A stretch of DNA of 64,000 nt from Thermoanaerobaculia bacterium (GTDB lineage: Bacteria; Acidobacteriota; Thermoanaerobaculia; UBA5066), in contig CAWFJJ010000028.1 in the NCBI GenBank assembly GCA_963816185.1, positions 448,001 through 512,000 of the forward strand. Direction: 5' to 3'. The notes below the pieces were generated by a model. It had not been told where the DNA came from. It was given only the letters and a program-made list of their open reading frames with translations, and did not search any database. Shown in pieces: positions 19,848-27,688 of the stretch. Every line of letters starts with the position of its first letter. Positions within the stretch are counted from its first letter, which is position 1. A program made the position numbers and the translations under genes.

Positions 19848-20294
19848 ATGAAGACGCCGGCCGGCCCCGTCGTGGGCCTCCTCCTCCTGTCGCACGGACC
19901 GCTCGCGAACGCGCTCCGCGAGACGGTGCACATGCTCGAACCCGAGGAGCCGGACGACCTCGGCGCCCTGTCGCTCGCATGGGACGAGTCGCCCGAGTCG
20001 GCGAGCCGCCGCCTCGAGAAGGCGATCTCCGAAGCCAACGGCGGGAAAGGCGTCGTGCTGCTGACGGACATGTTCGGCGGCACACCCTCGAACCTGGCGC
20101 TCGCGTTCCTCGAGCCCGGAACGATCGAGATCGTCTCGGGGATCAACCTTCCGATGGTCGTGAAGGCGCGCGCCCTCGCGCGCGAAGGCAAGAGCCCGCG
20201 CGAGATCGCGCACACGCTCGTCGAGCGCGGGCGCCGCGCCATCGTGGCGGCCGCCGAGCTCGTGGACGGCCCCCACGGGGGGCCTCATCGGTGA
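19848..20294 (+). CDS. PTS EIIA component, mannose/fructose family
   Basis: LLSHG, LTDMFGGTPSN, GINLPM. Confidence 0.88.
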   Translation: MKTPAGPVVGLLLLSHGPLANALRETVHMLEPEEPDDLGALSLAWDESPESASRRLEKAISEANGGKGVVLLTDMFGGTPSNLALAFLEPGTIEIVSGINLPMVVKARALAREGKSPREIAHTLVERGRRAIVAAAELVDGPHGGPHR

Positions 20295-20560
20295 AGGAGG
20301 AGACCCTCACGCTCAAGAACCGGCTCGGCCTGCACGCGCGCGCCGCGGCAAAGCTCGTCCATGCCGCTTCCTCGTTCGACGCGAAGGTCTCCCTCTCGCG
20401 GGACGGCGAGGAAGTGGACGGCAAGAGCATCCTGGGCCTCTTGCTTCTCGCGGCCGGCAAGGGCACGCCGCTCCACGTGCGCGTAGAGGGAAGCGACGAG
20501 GAGCAGGCTCTCGCGGCCCTCCGCGACCTCGTGGACCGCAAGTTCGACGAGGCGGATTAG
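20291..20560 (+). CDS. ptsH: Phosphocarrier protein HPr
   Basis: GLHARAAAK (His15), DGKSILGLL (Ser46), KFDE end. Confidence 0.92.
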   Translation: MKEETLTLKNRLGLHARAAAKLVHAASSFDAKVSLSRDGEEVDGKSILGLLLLAAGKGTPLHVRVEGSDEEQALAALRDLVDRKFDEAD

Positions 20561-20600
20561 GAAGGGGGCGAATCCTCCTGACCCTCGTTACAATAGGAAG

Positions 20601-22367
20601 GTGAAGCGTTCCCTATCGCTGACAGGAATTCCCGTGTCGCCCGGCGTCGCCATCGGGCGTGCCGTGCTCTGGGTCTCGCGAGAGGACTCCGCGCCGAAGC
20701 GGACTCTCGAGGCGGAGGAGATCGGGCCCGAGATCGAGCGGTTCCGCCGGGCGGCCGAGGCGGCGGTCCACGAGATCGAGTCCATGGCCCGCCACGTGAA
20801 AGACAGCCTTGGCGCCGAGTACGCCGGGATCTTCCAGGCGCACGCCTTGTTCCTGAAGGACCACGCCTTTCTCGGACCGATCGAGCGCCGAATCGTGCAC
20901 GAGAAAGTCAATGCGGAATGGGCGGTCGCCGAAACGACGGCCGACCTGTCCGCGCGCTTCCGGGGCCTGCCCGACGAGAACTTCGCGCATAGCGCGGCCG
21001 ATATCGACGATGTGGCGCGGACCCTGAAGAAACATCTCGGCGGAGAAGAGTACTCGCGCTTGAGGATGGAGGACCTCGTGGGAGAGGCGATCGTGCTCGT
21101 GGCGGACGAGCTCACGCCGTCCGACGCCGTGCGCATCCCACGCGACCGCGTCGTCGGGTTCGTGACGGAGCGCGGCGGACGCACGTCCCACGCCGCGATC
21201 CTCGCGCGCTCCTTCGGAATTCCCGCGGTCGTCGGCGTGCCGCGGCTCCTCGCGGAAGTCGGGGAGGGCGACCGCGTCGTGGTCGACGGCCGGGACGGTC
21301 TCGTCTGGCGCGAGCCGTCCGAGAGCGTCGTCGCGTTCTTCCGCGAGCGCCGCGACCAGGAGGCGCGCCACGAGCGGTCGCTCAAGGAGCGAAGCCACGA
21401 CGCCATCACCCGCACGCACGACGGCGCCGAGGTTTTCGTGCGCGCGAACATCGAGCTCGCGAACGAAATCAGTGACGTTCTGGAATACGGGGCCGACGGG
21501 GTTGGCCTGTTCCGATCGGAGTTTCTCTACCTTTCCAAGGCGGGAGACGAGTTTCCCTCGGAAGAAGAGCAGTCGCTTGTCTATCAACAAGTCCTCGCCG
21601 GGCTCGCGCCCCGCCTCGTCGTGATCCGGACGTACGACCTCGGCGGCAAAAAAGGGGCCCGGCATCTCGTCGGGCCCGGCGAGGTCAATCCGGTTCTCGG
21701 TCTTCGGGGCGTGCGCTTGTGCATCGCGCGGCCGGAGATGTTCTCCACGCAGCTCCGTGCCCTGCTGGCCGCCGCCTCCTCAGGCAACCTCCGCATCCTC
21801 GTCCCGATGGTCTCGAGCGTCGAGGAGATACGCCGAGTGCGCGTTCTCCTGAAGGAGGCCCGGCAGGACGTGCTCGAGCGAGGCATCGCCGTTCCCGACG
21901 ACATCCCGCTCGGAGCGATGATCGAGGTTCCCTCTGCCGCGATGATCGCCGACCTGCTCGCACCCGAGGTGGACTTCCTCGCTCTCGGGACGAACGATCT
22001 CATCCAGTACACGCTCGCCGTGGACCGTGCGAACGAGACGGTCTCGAACCTGTTCCGGCCGACGCACCCCGCGGTGCTGCGCCTCGTGGCACGGGTCGCC
22101 GACGCGGCGCTGAGCGCCGAGAAGCCGCTCTCCGTGTGCGGTGAGATGGCGGCGGACCCCGCCCTCGTCCTCCTGTTTCTCGGCCTCGGCATTCGGGAGT
22201 TCTCGATGGGGCCGCGCACGGTCCCGGTGGTGAAGGAGTTCCTGCGCGGCATTTCCACCCGGGACGCCGAGCGCGTCGCCCGCGCCGCGCTCTCCATGTC
22301 GACCGCGGACGAGGTCTCGTCGTTCCTCGCCCAGGAGCTGGGCGACCTCACCATGGTGCGTGCTTGA
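20601..22367 (+). CDS. ptsI: PEP-protein phosphotransferase (PTS enzyme I)
   Basis: GGRTSHAAILARS, GVGLFRSEF, RTYDLGG, MIEVP, GTNDLIQY, VCGEMA. Confidence 0.95.
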   Translation: MKRSLSLTGIPVSPGVAIGRAVLWVSREDSAPKRTLEAEEIGPEIERFRRAAEAAVHEIESMARHVKDSLGAEYAGIFQAHALFLKDHAFLGPIERRIVHEKVNAEWAVAETTADLSARFRGLPDENFAHSAADIDDVARTLKKHLGGEEYSRLRMEDLVGEAIVLVADELTPSDAVRIPRDRVVGFVTERGGRTSHAAILARSFGIPAVVGVPRLLAEVGEGDRVVVDGRDGLVWREPSESVVAFFRERRDQEARHERSLKERSHDAITRTHDGAEVFVRANIELANEISDVLEYGADGVGLFRSEFLYLSKAGDEFPSEEEQSLVYQQVLAGLAPRLVVIRTYDLGGKKGARHLVGPGEVNPVLGLRGVRLCIARPEMFSTQLRALLAAASSGNLRILVPMVSSVEEIRRVRVLLKEARQDVLERGIAVPDDIPLGAMIEVPSAAMIADLLAPEVDFLALGTNDLIQYTLAVDRANETVSNLFRPTHPAVLRLVARVADAALSAEKPLSVCGEMAADPALVLLFLGLGIREFSMGPRTVPVVKEFLRGISTRDAERVARAALSMSTADEVSSFLAQELGDLTMVRA

Positions 22368-22747
22368 AAAAGCCCTTGGGAGTCGGCCGCCCGCGGATCG
22401 TTCCGAAGCCGTGGGGCGAGGAGCGCATCTTCGCCGAAACGGGGCGCTACGCCGGCAAGCTGATCCTCATCCGGGCCGGCGAGTCGCTCTCGTACCAGTA
22501 CCACGTTCGAAAGGAAGAGACCGTTCACGTCCTCGAGGGAACCCTCGGACTCGAGGTCGAGAGAGCCGGGGAGAAAGCCGACCTCCGCCTCGTTCCCGGA
22601 GAGACGTTTCACGTGGACCCCGGGACCCGACACCGGATGTACGCGGCCGAAGCCGACTGCCTCGTCGTCGAGGTCTCGACGCCGGAGCTCGACGACGTGG
22701 TCCGGCTCGCCGACCGTTACGGGCGGGAAGGAACATCGACGCCATGA
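22364..22747 (+). CDS. Cupin domain protein (mannose-6-phosphate isomerase-like)
   Basis: KPWGEE, LSYQYH..KEET, PGTRHR, EVSTPELDDVVRL.D.YGR. Confidence 0.85.
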   Translation: MKKPLGVGRPRIVPKPWGEERIFAETGRYAGKLILIRAGESLSYQYHVRKEETVHVLEGTLGLEVERAGEKADLRLVPGETFHVDPGTRHRMYAAEADCLVVEVSTPELDDVVRLADRYGREGTSTP

Positions 22748-23466
22748 ATCGAACCGTGCGTGAGACGTTGATCTCGGTCGCGGCCGTCGCCACCCTCGCT
22801 CTCGCGGCCAGCGCCGCGCAGGACCCGGCGCTCTCGGGCATGGCCCCCGAACCCACTCCCGCCTCCGCAACGTCTCACACTCCGGTCCCGACCGCGGCCG
22901 CGAGCACCCTTTCCGGAGGGAGGGCCGAGACGCCGGGAACGAGACGTGGAAGCTCGCTTGCGGACGTCGTGAAGCTCTCCAGGGAAGCGCGTAAGGGTCA
23001 GCCGCCGAAGAAATCCCTTGGAACGATCACGAACGACAACCTGAGAAAGGGCGGCTCGCCGACACCGACTCCCAAGGGGGCGGCAGCCAAGAGTCCTTCG
23101 GGCAAGGCCGCCGGGAAGGAGGGCCCGACGGCGGTTCCCTCGCCGAACGCCACCCCTTACGTCGCTCGCGACGACAAGGGGCGAAGTGAAGCCGACTGGA
23201 GGAGCCTCGTGGAGCACGCGAAAGCGGCCGTCGATTACGGCGAAGTGCGCGTGCGCGAGCTGGACACGAAGGCGAAGCAGCTCGAGAACGACTTCTACGC
23301 GATGAGCGACGGCAACAGGCGCGACGCCGTGGTCAAGCCTGCCTGGGACAAGGCGCGCGAAGACCTCGCGAAGGCTCGTCAGGAGCTCGAGGACGCCCGC
23401 AAGGCCTTCGACGACCTCTCCGAGGAGGCTCGCAAGTCGAACACGCCTCCGGGCTGGCTGCGGTAG
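22744..23466 (+). CDS. Hypothetical secreted protein with C-terminal coiled coil
   Basis: Signal-peptide-like N-terminus, low-complexity linker, helical C-terminus ending PPGWLR; ATG overlaps the cupin stop. Confidence 0.65.
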   Translation: MNRTVRETLISVAAVATLALAASAAQDPALSGMAPEPTPASATSHTPVPTAAASTLSGGRAETPGTRRGSSLADVVKLSREARKGQPPKKSLGTITNDNLRKGGSPTPTPKGAAAKSPSGKAAGKEGPTAVPSPNATPYVARDDKGRSEADWRSLVEHAKAAVDYGEVRVRELDTKAKQLENDFYAMSDGNRRDAVVKPAWDKAREDLAKARQELEDARKAFDDLSEEARKSNTPPGWLR

Positions 23467-23487
23467 GAAACGGGAGAGGGACCGAAT

Positions 23488-23700
23488 GAATTTTCTTAGA
23501 AAGGGTGAGGGAGAAGGTGTCCGCACGAGGCGGGGGCGTACTTCGTGCGCCGGCGTCACCCGAGCCCTATTCATTTTCTAAGCAAAATCTTTCTCTTTTC
23601 GAACCCTTGTGTTAGGAGCTCTTGTGCCGCTGGGCTGTGTCCCGCCAGTGAGTCGCGGCCGCGGCCTCTTTCCTCTCGTACCCTTCTAAGAATCTTCTCT
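23488..23700. repeat. Paired-arm motif cluster, intergenic upstream of miaB
   Basis: ATTTTCTTAGAAAGGGTGA (core 23493); CCCTATTCATTTTCTAAGCAAAATCT (core 23576); CCCTTCTAAGAATCT (core 23684). Confidence 0.8.
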
Positions 23701-23724
23701 TTCTCCTCCTGCTAAGCTCGCAAG

Positions 23725-25152
23725 GTGAGCGTACCCCCGTCCCGCAGCCCGGCCCGAAGCGTCTTCGTCGAGACGTGGGGCTGCCAGATGAACGTCCTCG
23801 ACGGGCGGCGCTTCGTCGGACTCCTCGCTCGCGAAGGATTTTCCGAAGCGACATCTCCCGAGGAAGCAGACGTCATCCTCCTGAACACGTGCTCGGTTCG
23901 CGACAAGGCCGAGCAGAAAGTTTACGACCGGCTCGGGCGCCTCGCGAAGATCAAGCGCGAACGCCCGGAAACTGTGCTCGGCGTCTGCGGCTGCGTCGCG
24001 CAGCAGGAAGGGGAGAGGCTCCTCGAACGCCTGTCGCAGGTCGACTTCGTGCTCGGGACGGGACGCATCGAGGCCCTGCCGGCGGTCCTGCGCCGCGTCG
24101 AGGAGGAGGACGACAGGCCCTGCGAGACGGGCTTCGACCCGGACGAGGTCGTCTACACGCCCGCTGCGATCGCACGCTCGGTGCCGTACCGCGCCGCGAT
24201 CACGGTCATCGAGGGCTGCAACAAGAACTGCACGTTCTGCGTCGTTCCGCGCACGCGCGGGCGCGAGCGCAATCGCCGGCTTCGCGACATCGTGGACGAG
24301 TCCCGCCGCCTGCTCGGCGAGGGAGCCCTGGAGATCGAGCTCCTCGGACAGACCGTGAACGCGTTCCGTGATCCGGAAACCGGCGAGGACCTCGCGGACC
24401 TTCTCCGCGCGGTCGGTGCGCTGCCGGGACTTCGGCGCCTGCGCTTCGTGACGTCCCACCCGCGGAATTTCTCCGCCCGCCTCACCGCGGCGATGGCAGA
24501 CACTCCCGCGGTCGTCCCCGCCTTGCACCTGCCGGTCCAGTCCGGCTCCGACGCGGTGCTGCGCCGCATGAAGCGCCAGTACACGCGCGCGGAATATCTC
24601 GACCTCGTGGCGTCGCTTCGCGACGCCATCCCGGACCTTGCGCTCTCGACCGACGTCATCGTGGGCTTCCCGGGCGAGACGGACGACGACTTCGCGGCGA
24701 CGCTCTCTCTGCTCGAAGAGGTGAGATTCGCCGGCGTCTTCTCCTTCACGTATTCGCCTCGGCCCCGAACTGCCGCGCTCCACTGGGAACACGATGTCAC
24801 GCCGGGAAAGGCATCCGGCCGGCTTGCGCGGCTCATGTCCATTCAGCAGGAGATCCAGAGGCAGTTGAACCGCGAGATGGAGGGACGAACGCTGGACGTG
24901 CTCGTCGAGGGTCTCGACAGAAAGAGGCTCTTCAGCTCGGGCCGCTCCCGCTGCAACCGCGTCGTGAACATCGCGGGGGAGTCCGCGCTGCAGCCGGGCA
25001 CTCTCGTGAACGTACGAATCGAGCGGGGATTTCCGAATTCTCTGCTCGGAAGGATTAAGAGAATCGAAGAGAGAGATTTTCTTAGAAAGCCTTCGCATGA
25101 GCGGCCGTCCCAATGCGGCGAGGCCGGTTCGGTTCTCCCGGGCACCTTCTAA
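23725..25152 (+). CDS. miaB: tRNA-i6A37 methylthiotransferase
   Basis: TWGCQMN, NTCSVR.KAE, GCVAQ, radical SAM CNKNCTFC, LHLPVQSGS, TRAM domain. Confidence 0.94.
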   Translation: MSVPPSRSPARSVFVETWGCQMNVLDGRRFVGLLAREGFSEATSPEEADVILLNTCSVRDKAEQKVYDRLGRLAKIKRERPETVLGVCGCVAQQEGERLLERLSQVDFVLGTGRIEALPAVLRRVEEEDDRPCETGFDPDEVVYTPAAIARSVPYRAAITVIEGCNKNCTFCVVPRTRGRERNRRLRDIVDESRRLLGEGALEIELLGQTVNAFRDPETGEDLADLLRAVGALPGLRRLRFVTSHPRNFSARLTAAMADTPAVVPALHLPVQSGSDAVLRRMKRQYTRAEYLDLVASLRDAIPDLALSTDVIVGFPGETDDDFAATLSLLEEVRFAGVFSFTYSPRPRTAALHWEHDVTPGKASGRLARLMSIQQEIQRQLNREMEGRTLDVLVEGLDRKRLFSSGRSRCNRVVNIAGESALQPGTLVNVRIERGFPNSLLGRIKRIEERDFLRKPSHERPSQCGEAGSVLPGTF

Positions 25153-25161
25153 GAAATCCTC
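25071..25161. repeat. Paired-arm motif at the miaB 3' end; supplies the stop codon
   Basis: GAGATTTTCTTAGAAAG (core 25079) ... CACCTTCTAAGAAATCC (core 25147). Confidence 0.85.
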
Positions 25162-25294
25162 GGTTGTCTCCTTCTGGAAATCTCCTGTAATTCGTTCTAA
25201 AACAAGAAGTTAATGGCATGAGAAGGCTCATGGATCAAGGGCTCTTCCTTGCTTTATCCCGGTTTCCTCCCTAGATTGATAACGGAGAAGTCGT

Positions 25295-25780
25295 GTGAGC
25301 ATCAAGATGGACGTGAAAGCGCTGATCGTCGACCCGATCGCAAACATGCCGGTCGTGATCTTGCGCGACGAGGAAGAGAAGAATTTCCTGCCGATCTGGG
25401 TTGGAGTCTTCGAGGCAAACGCCATCGCGCTTCAGATGGAAGGCGTCACCACGCCCCGGCCGATGACTCACGATCTCTTGAAGAATCTCATCATACAGAT
25501 CGAGGGCGACGTGCAGCGAGTCGTCATCAACAGCCTCAAGGAAAACACGTTCTACGCCCAGATCCACCTCAGGGTCGCCAACAAGGACGTCCTCGTCGAC
25601 AGCCGGCCGTCGGATGCGATCGCACTGGCTCTCCGGCTCCAGGCGCCCGTCTTCGTCGAGGAGGCCGTCCTCGAGATGAGCCGGAACGGAGAAGACACCG
25701 CGGAAGCACAGAACGCGGAGCGCCTGAGAAAATGGCTCGAGGAAGCGGATCCGGACACTCTCGGCAAATACAGGATGTGA
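25295..25780 (+). CDS. Bifunctional nuclease family protein (DUF151)
   Basis: LPIWVG.FEA.AI, RPMTHDL, DSRPSDAIALA. Confidence 0.9.
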   Translation: MSIKMDVKALIVDPIANMPVVILRDEEEKNFLPIWVGVFEANAIALQMEGVTTPRPMTHDLLKNLIIQIEGDVQRVVINSLKENTFYAQIHLRVANKDVLVDSRPSDAIALALRLQAPVFVEEAVLEMSRNGEDTAEAQNAERLRKWLEEADPDTLGKYRM

Positions 25781-25852
25781 TTTTCGCCGCGGGACGAACG
25801 ATTCGTCCTTGAAGCCTCCGCGCCCCCTCCGTATCATTCGCGTCGCCGGCGC

Positions 25853-26614
25853 ATGATCATCACTGTTGCAAATCAGAAAGGCGGTGTGGGGAAGACCACG
25901 ACCGCGATCAACCTTGCCGCGGCGCTTGCGCAAAAGGGTCTCCGGACTCTCCTCATCGACCTCGATCCCCAGGGCAACTCGACGATGTCCTTTCTGGATC
26001 GCAAGGACGTGGAAAAGTCGATGTACGAGGTGCTCACGGATCCGAGCGCGTCGTTCTTCGACATCGTCAAAGAGACGAGCGTCCCGAAGCTCACGATCGC
26101 GCCCGCGCGCATCTCGCTCGCGAAGGTGGAGTCGAAGCTCCTCGGTGAGCTCGACGGGCATTTTCGGCTCAAGGACAAGCTTCAGGTCGTGCGAGAATCG
26201 GGAGAGTACGACGCGATCCTCATCGACACACCGCCTACGCTCGGCATGATCACGGTGAACGCGCTCGTCGCCTCGACACACATCCTGATCCCGATTCAAT
26301 CCTCTTATTTCGCACTCGAAGGCACCGACGACCTCCTCGAGACGATCGAGAAGATCAAGAACCGGCCCAATCCGAACCTCCAGATCTTGGGCGTCGTGAT
26401 CACGCTTCACGACAAGCGCACGACGCTCGGAAAAGACATCCAGAGTCAGATCAACCAGGTCTTCAAAGACAAGCTCTTCAAGACGACGATCTCGAAGTCC
26501 ATTCGGCTGGAGGAATCGCCGGCGTATCGAGAATCCATCTTCACATTCGCTCCGCGCTCGTCAGGCGCGCTCGAGTACTACAGCCTGACTGAGGAGATCC
26601 TGTCCCGTGTCTAA
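25853..26614 (+). CDS. parA: ParA/Soj family ATPase
   Basis: NQKGGVGKTTTA deviant Walker A, DLDPQGN, IDTPP.LG, NAL.A. Confidence 0.9.
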   Translation: MIITVANQKGGVGKTTTAINLAAALAQKGLRTLLIDLDPQGNSTMSFLDRKDVEKSMYEVLTDPSASFFDIVKETSVPKLTIAPARISLAKVESKLLGELDGHFRLKDKLQVVRESGEYDAILIDTPPTLGMITVNALVASTHILIPIQSSYFALEGTDDLLETIEKIKNRPNPNLQILGVVITLHDKRTTLGKDIQSQINQVFKDKLFKTTISKSIRLEESPAYRESIFTFAPRSSGALEYYSLTEEILSRV

Positions 26615-27503
26615 GCGCCGCGGTCTGCCGGAAACTTCGCGCATGCGTCACGACTCGCACTTCGTCGAGCAGCTCGTCCGCGCGGACGAGCTGCCGGTCG
26701 GACGTCGCATTCCGATCCACCTCATCGAGGCGAATCCCGATCAGCCGCGCAGCACGATGGGAGACCTTGCGGACCTGACGAGATCGATCGTGGATAAAGG
26801 CGTCCTCGAGCCGATCCTCGTGCGTCCCCGCGGTGACGGACGCTTCACGATCATCTCCGGCGAACGGCGCTTTCGCGCCGCGCTCGACGCGGGTCTCCCG
26901 GAAATTCCGTGCATCGAGATGGACGTCGCCGACAATGAGCTGCTCGAGATCGCGCTCGTCGAGAATCTCCAGCGCAGGGACCTGAGCCCTTTCGAGGAGG
27001 CCGACGGATATAGAGCTCTTCAGGAACGCCACGGATACACGCACGAACAGATCGCAGACGCCGTGGGGAAGTCGCGCGTGACGATCACCGAAGCGCTCTC
27101 CATCGCGCGGCTCCCCGAACGCGTGCAGGTTGAATGTCGGCGCGCCGACATCGGATCGCGGTCCTTCCTCCTCGAGCTCGGAAGACTCAAGGACGAAGAC
27201 CTCATGCTCGCCGCGGTCGTGGCGATGGCGAGCGGTGAGACCTTGAGCCGCGACGTCCTGCGGGAAGCGAAGAAGGACGCGCGCCGCGGCACGAGCTCGA
27301 AGCTAGGCGGAATGAAGAGGGCGTACACACTCGATTTCGCTCCGGAGGACAAGCGCTACAAGGTCAGCCTTGTTCTCAAGGGCCGCCTCCACAAGAAGGA
27401 CGAAATCCTCGAAGCGATCCGCGATGTCGCGCGCCGAATCGAAGCGGGGGACATCGACCTCGAGGCACAGGGTCGATTCGTGAAGGCGAAAGCAAAGAAG
27501 TAG
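26607..27503 (+). CDS. ParB/Spo0J/Noc family CTPase with divergent HTH
   Basis: NPDQPR, GVLEPILVR, SGERRFRA, ALVENLQRRDL, HTH THEQIADAVGKSR. Confidence 0.9.
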   Translation: MSKRRGLPETSRMRHDSHFVEQLVRADELPVGRRIPIHLIEANPDQPRSTMGDLADLTRSIVDKGVLEPILVRPRGDGRFTIISGERRFRAALDAGLPEIPCIEMDVADNELLEIALVENLQRRDLSPFEEADGYRALQERHGYTHEQIADAVGKSRVTITEALSIARLPERVQVECRRADIGSRSFLLELGRLKDEDLMLAAVVAMASGETLSRDVLREAKKDARRGTSSKLGGMKRAYTLDFAPEDKRYKVSLVLKGRLHKKDEILEAIRDVARRIEAGDIDLEAQGRFVKAKAKK

Positions 27504-27589
27504 AGACGCCCGCTCGGAGCGCTCCTCTCCGCGCGCAGGGAAGCCTCCTTCTCGACCGCCCTCATTTCGTTAGGCACGGGCTCTCCAGA

Positions 27590-27617
27590 ATTTAACATAA
27601 TAAATATTATCGGACGT
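27590..27617 (-). other. dif site (XerC/XerD recombination site)
   Basis: Minus strand reads ACGTCCGATAA TATTTA TTATGTTAAAT: an 11-6-11 layout whose right arm equals the E. coli XerD arm. It is a very AT-rich intergenic island in GC-rich DNA. Confidence 0.88.
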
Positions 27618-27688
27618 TGCGCATTGGCGCTGGAATCGGCCCGAAAAGAGCACAAGAGAATCTTCTTCTTCGTCTTACCATCGGTTCC

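Noticed and set aside
22605-22620. parS-like word CGTTTCACGTGGACCC
   Set aside because: Three mismatches to TGTTTCACGTGGAACA, broken right half, single copy, and explained by the cupin codons TFHVD.
23488-23700. AT-rich repeats with variable spacers as a CRISPR array or integron attC sites
   Set aside because: The repeats are inverted, degenerate and dispersed; there are no cas genes or integrase and no RYYYAAC/GTTRRRY ends.
25215-25230. TGGCATGAGAAGGC as a sigma-54 promoter
   Set aside because: GG-to-GC spacing is one base short and the TTGC element is missing.
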